Positions 41,025 through 50,989 of a stretch of 64,000 nt of DNA are shown in pieces. Each line of letters starts with the position of its first letter. Position 1 is the first letter of the stretch. The position numbers and the translations under genes were made by a program. The stretch covers positions 192,001-256,000 of the forward strand of contig AP024596.1 in NCBI GenBank assembly GCA_019704295.1, in the 5' to 3' direction. The DNA comes from Sulfolobales archaeon HS-7. Its GTDB lineage: Archaea; Thermoproteota; Thermoprotei_A; Sulfolobales; Sulfolobaceae. Under the pieces are notes generated by a model, which ran no database searches, had not been told where the DNA came from, and saw only the letters and a list, made by a program, of their open reading frames with translations.

Positions 41025-43007
41025 ATGAACTATGCGCTTTTGCTGAGACTCAGCGAACCTGTAGTGCTCTTAAATGGGTATCTCGTCCCCTACGATAAGG
41101 AAGTGGAACTTAAGGAGGGCGAACTGGGAAAGGTTTGTAAGGTAGAGGGGGGTAAGCTGAAGTTAAGCAAGAAGTCCGTGTACAGGGTTGAAGACTTAAA
41201 GCTTAAGGTTGGTCTCACTCTAAAGGACTACATAGATAAGTTAAACGCGTATATGTTTACCGATCAGGAGGACAACGTTTACCTCTATATGGGGGAGTTG
41301 TCCAAGATAGCTATTTCGGAGATCTACGATATTGTAAACGGAACTCCTGTCCTTAGGGGAGATTTCTCAAGCATAATCAATTTAATGAAGAAGGACGACG
41401 CCTATCTTGATTACGCGGAGAAGAACTACAATGATGAAGTGGTAATAAAGCAGGCGATATCCTTAGAATTCAGCAAGGGAAGGTGTGATAAGGTTCTTTC
41501 CCTTTCGGCTAAGTTAGAGAATATTGACGAAGTCAGGAGGGAAGTCGGACTGTGTTATGAGGAAAGGGGAGAACTCCTTAAAGCGCTTAACGTGCTAACT
41601 TCCATTTACGAGGAGGATAGAAATAGGATAATTGATAAACTAAAGGGTAGGGTTGCGGAGTTCGTTTCAGCGTATGATAGGACGCAGGAACTCAGGTACC
41701 TCTACGATGCGGTGAAAATATATCCAGACTACTTTGTGCCCTACCTAAAGCTCTCGCTGCATTACATGCAGAGGAATAATTTAAAGGAGGCTTTAAAGTA
41801 CGTCGACATATCCCTATCAAAGGAGGAAACGTTTGAGTCGCTAATAACTAAGGTCAGGATATTGATGGAAATGAGAAATTACCAGGAGGCCTTTAATCTA
41901 ATAAACCGAGTGGAACTAAAGAGAAGAAATGGAGTCACGGCATACTTAAGAGGTCTTATTCTCAGGAATTTGAATGCGAGTTCCGTAGCCGAGAAGGACT
42001 TCAAATTCGCCTGTTCCGAGGGTGTAGTTGAGGCGTGTTTTTACTTAAATGTAAGCACTCTAGAACAGCTCAGGAGTTCTAGACTCTCATCTCTGGAGGG
42101 AAGGAGAATATACGGATACGATGTGGAGGCGCTCTTGGGTTCTGGTGGAATGGGGCACGTGTATAAGGTAAGGAAAGGCGAAGTACATTTCGCTATGAAG
42201 GTTTACTCTCCTGATGTCCCCCTTCAGGAAATGCTAAGGGAGGCCTCAAAAATGCAAGAACTTTCCTCTTCCTCTAAGTACTTAGTGAAGGTTCACGGGA
42301 CTTATATAGACGAGAATGCCTCAAGAGAAGATCCGCAAGCAATAATTATGGACCTCATGGAAGGAGGTGATTTCAAAAACATAATATCCTCAGAGGAGTA
42401 CTCTTCCCTTAGGTACTCTTCAAGGTGGGAGGATATAATCACAATTATATTCTCAAAGGTCGCCTACGGATTGGCGAAAATACATAAGGAGGGATATGTT
42501 CACTGTGACGTAAAGCCCTCAAACATCCTATTCGCGTCACCTTTACCAAGGTATGGGGAGGAGGCACTTAGATCACTGATAAACGAATTAGTAGTCCCGA
42601 AGATTTCAGATCTTGGGTCGATTGTACGCACGGGTTCCGTTCCGATACAGTACACGGAACATTACGCTCACCCCCTTCAGCGTTTCGGAGTAAAGGCGGA
42701 GCCCATGATGGACGTCTTTTCCCTGGGTGTTTCCATGTATTACGCTCTAACCGGGGATTACCCTATTCCAAGCCATCTGGAGAGTAAGGTGGAGACCGCT
42801 GTAATTAAGCCAGAGTTAAGAGATGAAGTTATGAGCGAATTCTATAAGTTCTCCTATGATCTTTCGCCACTTCCTGATAGGTTTAAAAACGTTATAAACG
42901 ACATGTTGCAAGGAGAACTTACGGCTGAGGAGGTTGCTAAGGAATTGGAAAACTTGCTCAACATATCGAGCGGAGAAGTTTTACAAAAGCACTTCTCTAT
43001 TGTCTGA
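41025..43007 (+). CDS. Hanks-type Ser/Thr protein kinase with TPR-like region
   Basis: GSGGMGHVY, AMK, HCDVKPSN, SDLG, DVFSLG; helical TPR-like central part. Confidence 0.9.
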   Translation: MNYALLLRLSEPVVLLNGYLVPYDKEVELKEGELGKVCKVEGGKLKLSKKSVYRVEDLKLKVGLTLKDYIDKLNAYMFTDQEDNVYLYMGELSKIAISEIYDIVNGTPVLRGDFSSIINLMKKDDAYLDYAEKNYNDEVVIKQAISLEFSKGRCDKVLSLSAKLENIDEVRREVGLCYEERGELLKALNVLTSIYEEDRNRIIDKLKGRVAEFVSAYDRTQELRYLYDAVKIYPDYFVPYLKLSLHYMQRNNLKEALKYVDISLSKEETFESLITKVRILMEMRNYQEAFNLINRVELKRRNGVTAYLRGLILRNLNASSVAEKDFKFACSEGVVEACFYLNVSTLEQLRSSRLSSLEGRRIYGYDVEALLGSGGMGHVYKVRKGEVHFAMKVYSPDVPLQEMLREASKMQELSSSSKYLVKVHGTYIDENASREDPQAIIMDLMEGGDFKNIISSEEYSSLRYSSRWEDIITIIFSKVAYGLAKIHKEGYVHCDVKPSNILFASPLPRYGEEALRSLINELVVPKISDLGSIVRTGSVPIQYTEHYAHPLQRFGVKAEPMMDVFSLGVSMYYALTGDYPIPSHLESKVETAVIKPELRDEVMSEFYKFSYDLSPLPDRFKNVINDMLQGELTAEEVAKELENLLNISSGEVLQKHFSIV

Positions 43008-43279
43008 ATTAGTGGCACTGTAAGCCGTAATAGGTCGCTCTTATTGATTTTGCGTTTTACATTGATAATCTAAGAGATAATCCAGAGATTTAGAAAACCA
43101 CCTTCCATTTAGGTTCATTCCTCAAATAATATTTACATATTACTTCAATTCTCGTGAATGATAAACCTGCTATATTTTCCTAAATTCAAAATTAAAGGTT
43201 AAGGAGTATTCTCACTCAGTTATCCTATTTAATATATCTTAGATTTTGGATTATCATTATGTTGAAAGGCCTAAGAGTG

Positions 43280-43344
43280 TTTTTAAATTACTTGATACCT
43301 ATAGTATCAACTCTTTTTAAATTACTTGATACTTATAGTATCAA
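43280..43344 (+). promoter_or_regulatory. Tandemly duplicated promoter/operator (31-bp unit, 34-bp period)
   Basis: TTTTTAAATTACTTGATAC(C/T)TATAGTATCAA twice; each unit has a TATA box and the palindrome TTGATAC-N5-GTATCAA; the second unit runs into ATG 43344. Confidence 0.7.
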
Positions 43345-44574
43345 TGGAAGAGAACATTTGGTGGAGAGGAAAGGACTATATAAACGAAGATGTAGAAATC
43401 AAGAAGCGGAACTCCGCTAAATTTAAATGGATTCCTAAGGAGATGAACAAGGTCTCACTCCAACCCTTTTCCCTAAATTTCATAGTCGGCCCTAGACAAG
43501 TCGGAAAGACGACTTTTATGAAACTTTTAATCAAGAAGTTGCTTGAGTCTAATTATAACCCCTTATCAATATTCTACTGTAATTGCGACATCGTATCCGG
43601 TTATGAAGAACTTCTAAACTAAAAATAAAGGATTATCTAAAAATTAGGAAACGGGAGGGCATTAAATCGTCATTCATTTTCCTTGATGAGGTCACTTTCG
43701 TAAAGGATTGGTATAGGACAGTGAAGCACTTGATTGACACCGGTGAACTAACGGGAGATGCGATAACGATTTCTGGCTCAAGCTCATTATCGATTCTAAA
43801 GCAGAGGGAAGTTTCCCTGGAAGAAGGGGAGATGGAACAGATGTAGCCATGTTCCCTCTAAGCTTCTCTAGTTACATTAGGGTAATTAATCCGGAAATTG
43901 AGGTTAGACCAGGTTGGTACGGAGAGATTGAAGAGCTTTTTGAGAGTTATCTAAAGGTAGGAGGACTACCTACATCGATCAGCGGTCTTTCTCCGTAGAA
44001 GGCATATATAGAGTGGATCATTTACGAGATAAATAGGATAGGAAAAGACGAAATACTCGCTAAACAGATACTCTCTGCGCTTCTCTCAATGACACCCAGT
44101 AAGGTTAGCTATAACTTAGTTGCTAAAGAGATAGGAGTAAACCATAGAACTGTCGAGGAGTACATCAAGCTCTTTAATGACATGATTTTAACTCTAACAC
44201 TTCACTTCGTAGACGTAAATACCGGCTACTATAACTACAGAAAGCAGATTAAGGTACACTTACTAGATCCACTGTTTTACGACGTAGTATCCACGTGGAC
44301 CGGAGTTAAGAGACCTGACGATTCAATAATTTTTGAGGGGAATGTAGCATCGCATCTCTCAAGAATTCACAACGCAGGTTATACTGAGATTGGAAAGAAG
44401 GAAATAGACGTCGTAACACTGCCATAAGTCATTGGATACGAGGTGAAATACAAAGAAAGAGCTAAACAAGTCAAAGCTGTTGCCGGAAAGACGAAGAAAG
44501 TGATCACATTGTCAAGGAATACAGACAACGGCACTATCCCTGTTCATTTGTTCTTAGCTGAAATGAATATATAA
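43344..44574 (+). pseudogene. AAA_14/DUF4143 ATPase-nuclease pseudogene
   Basis: GPRQVGKTT, FIFLDEVT, SGSS, GGLP, HLLDP, EIDVV..GYEVKY spread over frames; disruptions near 43620, 43800, 43997 and 44425. Confidence 0.85.
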
Positions 44575-45147
44575 AAAATTCAAAAATCTTTATTTAATTC
44601 AAACACCTTAGAGATACTGGGTTACACAAACTGTGTTAGAAAATCCATCATTTATTCTCAAAATTACGTGCTTATGAATATGGATAATAAACTAATTTTC
44701 TATTGATAGCCTTCTCAAAGCTAAATAAATTTAATTCTTGATAGACATGTTTTAGTAAGTCATTCACATTAATCATGCGTTGAATTTTGTGTTGTGGACT
44801 TTTGCTAACACCTTTCCTGATTCGGGTCATTGGATACTTCATCTAACTAAAAATATACACCTGAATTTCACGTAAGTGGCGTTGATAGTCATTTAAACGG
44901 TCTCGAAGGAATTAGTGTCAGTCAGTTGCTCTCTGCTATATATGGAAACCTACTTACACAATCGAAAGTGCCTTAGTTGTTTATAATGACTAGATGAGAG
45001 TCCGTTAGGAGGTCTTCAGGAAGAAGTTATTTTCTCATGTCCACCAAAAGGAGTCCGAAGAAGTGCTAAAGCTCAATAAGAGGCTATCTTGAAAGTTGAA
45101 GCTTTTTCCTCCTTAACTTCCCATTAAATATGAAATATTTGTAGGTG

Positions 45148-46395
45148 CTATTGAGTTGACTGTCTGAATGCTCTCCCAACAGCTTCTGCTAACCCCATAA
45201 GTATTCCCATCCCCAACTGAACGTCCTTGTTACTTCTCAGCTGTCCTGTTATGCCTAAAAGTCCTAGTTCTCTCGTCTTGGGGAGGTTTTCAAGCCATAT
45301 CTGAAGAGCAAGCATCATCCTTGACATGACGATAGACAGGTTATTAATTGTCCTCTCATCCGTAAGCGTCTTAACCATCGAATTCCACCCTTGTGTCTTT
45401 TGTAATCCGCTTAGTTTCTCCGCTAATGTTAGTAGGGAATCGACGTCTATGCTACTCATTATTTTAGTTGTCCTATCACTCATCATCTGTTTCATGAGTG
45501 GTGTTATAGCCTCTAATCCCCCGAGCAGTGAGTCCCAATCCATGGAGTTCAACAACTTAACTGCCCTTTCACCTGTCATCTTCTGGAAAATTGGCATTAG
45601 CGATTCCATTGCTGAAAACAGTGAGTCCCAATCCATTTGTTGCATCAAGTTAAGCGTTTTCTCACTTCCTAATTTCTCTAAAAGAGGCCATACTGCCTGG
45701 ATTTTCGGTAACTGATCCATACCGAAAGATATTAGCGCATTAACCAGATCTGATTTCTGGACTGCATCGAGTAGGGAAAGCGCCTGAGACATGAAGTTAA
45801 GTGCGGAGTCCAAAGTCCCCGAGCTTTCAGCTTCTTTCATCCAGTTAATTAACTTCTGAAACACTGGCCAAGAGTCCATTACAGAGGGTAGTTGCTCCAT
45901 TGCCTTCAACATTTTATCGCTGCTGAGCTCCTTAAGTAAGGGAGTTGAAGTTTCTAGGGCGGTGAGCAGTGAGTCCCAATCCATGGAGTTCAACAACTTA
46001 ACTGCCCTTTCACCTGTCATCTTCTGGAAAATTGGCATTAGCGATTCCATTGCTGAAAACAGTGAGTCCCAATCCATTTGTTGCATCAAGTTAAGCGTTT
46101 TCTCACTTCCTAATTTCTCTAAAAGAGGCCATACTGCCTGGATTTTCGGTAACTGATCCATACCGAAAGATATTAGCGCATTAACCAGATCTGATTTCTG
46201 GACTGCATCGAGTAGGGAAAGCGCCTGAGACATGAAGTTAAGTGCGGAGTCCAGCGTGCCATCTCTCTGCATTTGATTAATCCATTCTAGCACCTTGTCC
46301 AGTGCAGGTAACTCGTTAACTATTTTGTCAAGTACCTTCAGGTTTGAGGGTTCCAGTAATTTTCCTATCGGATCAACCTCTAGTTCCTCGCTCAT
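45148..46395 (-). CDS. DUF1641-domain protein with 147-aa internal duplication
   Basis: C-terminal [30 protein letters not shown]; repeated [14 protein letters not shown]...DWDSLL block. Confidence 0.8.
   Translation of the reverse strand: MSEELEVDPIGKLLEPSNLKVLDKIVNELPALDKVLEWINQMQRDGTLDSALNFMSQALSLLDAVQKSDLVNALISFGMDQLPKIQAVWPLLEKLGSEKTLNLMQQMDWDSLFSAMESLMPIFQKMTGERAVKLLNSMDWDSLLTALETSTPLLKELSSDKMLKAMEQLPSVMDSWPVFQKLINWMKEAESSGTLDSALNFMSQALSLLDAVQKSDLVNALISFGMDQLPKIQAVWPLLEKLGSEKTLNLMQQMDWDSLFSAMESLMPIFQKMTGERAVKLLNSMDWDSLLGGLEAITPLMKQMMSDRTTKIMSSIDVDSLLTLAEKLSGLQKTQGWNSMVKTLTDERTINNLSIVMSRMMLALQIWLENLPKTRELGLLGITGQLRSNKDVQLGMGILMGLAEAVGRAFRQSTQ
45523..46253. repeat. Identical 290-bp intragenic direct repeat (45523-45812 and 45964-46253, 441-bp period)
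   Basis: No mismatch seen, including synonymous positions. Confidence 0.92.
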
Positions 46396-46440
46396 AAATA
46401 CATCGCATATATTTATGATTTCACTATTTTATATCTTAAT

Positions 46441-46761
46441 ATGTTAGTTATCGCTCCTAGCGCGTTTGATTACTTCCTTCAAATTAAGACGAAATACCCT
46501 AAAGAGGACGTAGTAATAACCACCTCTTCTTTTGCTGAAGGGCTTAAGCTAGGAAAGGACGTTGATCTAATGCTTGACAAAGGAGTTAGAGTTAAAGCCT
46601 TCTCTCATAAGCTAATCCCCATTCCTGAGTTAAGCGACGGCGAATCCGAGTCGATCTACGTCGCAAAGGAGTTTGAAGCGACGTTAATAACATGTGATGA
46701 AAAAACAGTTGCCTTCTCAAGAAGAGAAGGGATTCGTGTGCTCTCCTGTAATGAAGTGTGA
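46441..46761 (+). CDS. Small degenerate PIN-like protein without antitoxin
   Basis: LSDGESESI.VAKE..ATLITCDEK; Ala at the first Asp position (VIAPSA). Confidence 0.6.
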   Translation: MLVIAPSAFDYFLQIKTKYPKEDVVITTSSFAEGLKLGKDVDLMLDKGVRVKAFSHKLIPIPELSDGESESIYVAKEFEATLITCDEKTVAFSRREGIRVLSCNEV

Positions 46762-46764
46762 AGT

Positions 46765-48780
46765 TCAGGATGTGACATTAAATGGTTCATACTGCATTGT
46801 GTTGTAAAAGTATATTAAGTATCCGTCTGCTACTGTAAATACTGTATTTTTTACGTAAGGTTGTACGAAATAGTACGAATATGGTACCGGGAGCCATACG
46901 TAAGGAGCGGAGTTGTAAATTACGTTATATGCCTTTGCTATGAGGTTTATCTGTTCGCTCTCATTGGTTATGAAGGGCAGTTTAGCGTATATCTGCTGGA
47001 GGTAGGAGTTATTAAACCAGGCAGCATTACCTCCAGGTCCACCGAAGTTTATATCAGTAAGTGGCATCATTTGTTGGAGTATGGGATCTGGCCAATCTGG
47101 AGTCCACCCTATAAACTCCATGTTAGGCGACGAGAGGGGCGTCGTGTAACTTTCGAGGACGGAAAAGGTTACCGGCATAACGGAAATGGATATCCCTATC
47201 TGTTCCAAGTCTGCGGAAACCACATCTAGTTCCTCCTGCTGTAGTTCAGATATGGGAGCTAGTGTGACTACCGTTAAAGGCTTTAGTTGGACACCATTCG
47301 TATCTCCTATAGTGCTACCGTTAGGCAAAACTACGTAAAATGAGCCTTGATATCCAGCTTCATTAAGATAACGTAAAGCTAGGGAAACGTTATACGTGTA
47401 AAAAGACAGATTGTCAGGGTTATAGTAAGCGCCATACTGGGGGGAAATCGGTCCTAACGGTAAGGAGGCAAGCGTTGTACCGTTATATGAGTAAAGTGAC
47501 ATAAGCTGTGAGTAGTTGATCGCATGGAGAATTGCTAGCCTTAGGTCTGTAATGTTAAGCGGATATTTCTCGGTATTCATCCCTATTGTTTGAACTCCAG
47601 GTGTAGAACCGAAGTCGACAAGGATGTCCGATAACGGTAACTTATACGGATATCCAGATACGACCTGTCCTATATAAGGTACCCCTACATAGGAAATCTG
47701 AGCTTGATTCTTATCGAAGTCCTCAACCCTCTGTACATGAGTGAAACCGTAGTCTATTTCAATAATGGGGATATGAGGTGGTTCAGCCTCTGGAGGAACA
47801 TTATGGCCTATTGCCCAATAGTTTGGGTTTGCCTTAATAACTATTGTGGAAAATCCCTCACTAACGCTCGAAATCACATAAGGCCCTGAACCTATTAATC
47901 CGTGAAGATCCGCGTAATTGTTAGGTTGATTTGGAACTACTCCTCCATGTTGATCTACGAAAGCGGGATACACTATAGCGCCCCAAGTTCCAGCAATATC
48001 CAGTAGGAAAAACCTGTAAGGCTCTAAGGTATTGAACTGCACAGTGTAGTTACCTTTGACTACTACTGCTTGATACGGATACTCCATTATTTTCATAATA
48101 GTCGAGTTAGTCGGATTAAAATTAGAAAGAATGTTGGATAATATAGTTGCGGTTAGACTGGCGTTACCAATTGTATGAATTCCAGTGACGTTCTCAATGG
48201 CTTGTTCTATTCCGTACGGTAGAGCGAAACCTGTTGAGGCAGATTGCGTGCCATTGTAAAGTATACAGATGTAATCTGCAGCTCCAGCAGGCTGATTCAT
48301 CAATATTGCCCTATAAATCGAAAACCAAACATCAGAGGCGTTCACAGGCATTCCGTTACTGAACTTCGCATAGGGCCTAATATAGAAAGTGTAATTCTGA
48401 TAGTTTGGCGACACAGTGTAATTTTGCGCTAATACGGGTACAACGCTCATGTAATTTGAACCATTCGGTTCTACTAACTGTTGATAAATTGCGAAAAATA
48501 ACGGTTCAACTTCGTCTAGGAAGTCCGTAGCTGGATCTAAACAGCTGGGCGGAACTGTCTGGGCAACGTCTATCAATACTGAGGAATTGGATGGGGAGAG
48601 ATACTGGTAGGTCTGGGATGTCGTTGACTGAGTCGAGGAGGTTGTTGACGTAATGGGGGAAATAGTGTGTGGTGACACGCTTTGAATATAGAAAGCTACG
48701 CCAATTGCCGCTACGATTACGAGGAGTGCGATCACTATAGCGAGCGTTTTACTTATAGCTTGTTTATATGGAGAATTCAT
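46765..48780 (-). CDS. ABC peptide/oligopeptide substrate-binding protein (family 5), solo
   Basis: Class III signal-like KQAIS, S/T linker, LDPA, PVLAQNY, IGSGPY, LRLAILHAIN, WTPDWPDP. Confidence 0.88.
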   Translation of the reverse strand: MNSPYKQAISKTLAIVIALLVIVAAIGVAFYIQSVSPHTISPITSTTSSTQSTTSQTYQYLSPSNSSVLIDVAQTVPPSCLDPATDFLDEVEPLFFAIYQQLVEPNGSNYMSVVPVLAQNYTVSPNYQNYTFYIRPYAKFSNGMPVNASDVWFSIYRAILMNQPAGAADYICILYNGTQSASTGFALPYGIEQAIENVTGIHTIGNASLTATILSNILSNFNPTNSTIMKIMEYPYQAVVVKGNYTVQFNTLEPYRFFLLDIAGTWGAIVYPAFVDQHGGVVPNQPNNYADLHGLIGSGPYVISSVSEGFSTIVIKANPNYWAIGHNVPPEAEPPHIPIIEIDYGFTHVQRVEDFDKNQAQISYVGVPYIGQVVSGYPYKLPLSDILVDFGSTPGVQTIGMNTEKYPLNITDLRLAILHAINYSQLMSLYSYNGTTLASLPLGPISPQYGAYYNPDNLSFYTYNVSLALRYLNEAGYQGSFYVVLPNGSTIGDTNGVQLKPLTVVTLAPISELQQEELDVVSADLEQIGISISVMPVTFSVLESYTTPLSSPNMEFIGWTPDWPDPILQQMMPLTDINFGGPGGNAAWFNNSYLQQIYAKLPFITNESEQINLIAKAYNVIYNSAPYVWLPVPYSYYFVQPYVKNTVFTVADGYLIYFYNTMQYEPFNVTS

Positions 48781-49130
48781 TGGAAAGATGGAAATTCATT
48801 GGTAACTAAAAAGGATTTCGCACTTGAAAATTAATTAGTCGTACTTAATGAGATATCGTAGGATTCGGTATTTAGTTGAGTGGAAAACTAGAAAGGACGG
48901 CTTATTGCATTAGTAAATAAATTTTCGTTTTTCTTGCCTCTCATGTCCTAAGTGTGAGAGAAAATAGTTGAGGTTTCTTATCGTTGGTTTAGGTGAAGTT
49001 GTGGTTATGAGAATAATAGGAACGTTATTGCCACAGATAATTTAAACGGGGTCTCTAACCCTCTAAACCCCTTAAATGAGAGATGTAGAGCCGAATCAAT
49101 GAGGGAAACTTCCGTCATTCAGACGGAATG

Positions 49131-49919
49131 TCAGTTTAGTTTTAGAAGACTCTTCGCGTTATAAAGCATAATCTTCTCGCTTCTGAGACTTCTGTATACT
49201 CTGTAAGCATGTATAGCTAAATTCTGTTTTCTGTAATTCGGGAAATCGCTTCCATACAAAACCTTATCCTCTATTTCCATGAGCCTAGGCATCTCGGTTA
49301 GTATCTTTTCAGGAGGAATTGAGGATATCTCTAAATACACGTTAGAGTAATTTCTTCCTAAATAAAACGCAGTGTTATACCAAAGGGGTCTACCAGAGTG
49401 GGCAAGAATAATGGTGATATCGAAGTCCTTTACTACGTCGTCAATCAGAAGTGGATCCCCAAATTTATTACGAGATCTTTCACCTACGCTTGTTCCAGTG
49501 TGGATCATCACAGGTAATTTCCTCTCCTGTGCAAAGGAGTATATTTCCTCTAACGCTTTCAGTCCCATTTCCTCCTCCCTATATGCATTCGGAGAGTAGC
49601 CGTGGTGAACCGGGTGTAGCTTAATTCCCACGACGCCATAACTTATCTGTCTTTCTAATTCCTCAATTACGTTATTACATCCCAGGGGATTTACTGACGC
49701 CCATATGGGGTTGTCCCCTTTGTTTTTCACTTGTTGATAGAATCCATCTGAACACGTGTTGTTACCACACGGAAAAGAGGGAACGAAAATAACCTTTTCT
49801 ATAACTATATCTTCGTAACTTAACTCGAAGACGGAATTTTCAGACCTTCTGGAAACTTCGGAACAGTTTTCAGGTAGCTTTTCATATCCCACGTGAACGT
49901 GGACGTCAATGACCCTCAT
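49131..49919 (-). CDS. Amidohydrolase family 2 protein
   Basis: IDVHVH, GIKLHP, IHTG, ILAHSG, VLYGSDFP. Confidence 0.88.
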   Translation of the reverse strand: MRVIDVHVHVGYEKLPENCSEVSRRSENSVFELSYEDIVIEKVIFVPSFPCGNNTCSDGFYQQVKNKGDNPIWASVNPLGCNNVIEELERQISYGVVGIKLHPVHHGYSPNAYREEEMGLKALEEIYSFAQERKLPVMIHTGTSVGERSRNKFGDPLLIDDVVKDFDITIILAHSGRPLWYNTAFYLGRNYSNVYLEISSIPPEKILTEMPRLMEIEDKVLYGSDFPNYRKQNLAIHAYRVYRSLRSEKIMLYNAKSLLKLN

Positions 49920-50989
49920 AACTTGACTTGATTTATCCTACTCCATATTAAGTTTCTCTCAACTTCGTCCGTCCCTTCTCCTATTCTGAGTAATCTGGCG
50001 TCTCTGTAAGCCCTTTCAGAGAGACTTCCCTTAGCATATCCTATTCCTCCGAGGATCTGCACCGCTCTATCAATAACCCTGTTTGCTACAAGAGCTGAGA
50101 ATATCTTCGCCATCGGAACTACCACGTCTCCTTCCTCTTCATCAAATTTTTGTGACGCCTCTACTGCCAGTGAATCGGCGGCCTTTACTTCAGTTATCGA
50201 ATCCGCTATGTACCACTGTAAACCCTGCATTTCGCTTAAAGTCTTGCTGAAAGCCGTTCTGCTCTTCATCCAGTCCTGGGCCTCTTTTAACGACCCAAGA
50301 GCTAAACCAACGGCGATCCCTGCGATAGCTAGTCTGCCTATCTTAAGCCCGTATCTGGGAACTTCCCATCCCCCTATCCTACTTTCCTTCGGAACCCAAC
50401 AGTTCTCGAAAGTAAGTTCAGCTGTACCTGTCCCTCTACATCCCATTACCTCTATTTTCCGTCTTTTTATGCACTCATCATATTTAACTAAAAACGCGCT
50501 AATCCCTTTTGCCCCAGGTCCTCCCGTTCTGGCCGAAACCAGGTAGAGATCCGCATACATTCCCTGCGTTATCCACATTTTCTTTCCATTAATTACATAA
50601 CCTCCATCTTTTTCCTCAGCCTTTGTCTTCAAGTTAGTAGCATCACTTCCCCCTCCAGGTTCACTGAGGGCAAAGGCTCCTATCTCATCTCCGGATACGA
50701 TCTTTGATAAATCAAATGAGGAATGCTTCTTTACAGGAGCGTAAAAAAGAGCAGCTTGAACATCTATCAAAAGGGCTACAGAACCGCTTACCTTTGCTAC
50801 CTCTTTCTCAACTTCGTAGAGCGTCCTTAGATCGTAAACGTCATTAGGGACTAGGTAACCATGTCTTCCTAGTTCTCTAATCACTTCGCGCGGGTATTCG
50901 TCATCACGATCTATTATGGGAGCACTAGGAGCTATTTTACTTTCGACAAATTCCCTTACTGAATCCCTAATGATTTCCAACTCACTCAT
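49916..50989 (-). CDS. Acyl-CoA dehydrogenase
   Basis: AFALSEPGGGSD, NGKKMWIT, GRLAIA, AVQILGGIGY, RIGEGTDEV. Confidence 0.92.
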   Translation of the reverse strand: MSELEIIRDSVREFVESKIAPSAPIIDRDDEYPREVIRELGRHGYLVPNDVYDLRTLYEVEKEVAKVSGSVALLIDVQAALFYAPVKKHSSFDLSKIVSGDEIGAFALSEPGGGSDATNLKTKAEEKDGGYVINGKKMWITQGMYADLYLVSARTGGPGAKGISAFLVKYDECIKRRKIEVMGCRGTGTAELTFENCWVPKESRIGGWEVPRYGLKIGRLAIAGIAVGLALGSLKEAQDWMKSRTAFSKTLSEMQGLQWYIADSITEVKAADSLAVEASQKFDEEEGDVVVPMAKIFSALVANRVIDRAVQILGGIGYAKGSLSERAYRDARLLRIGEGTDEVERNLIWSRINQVKL

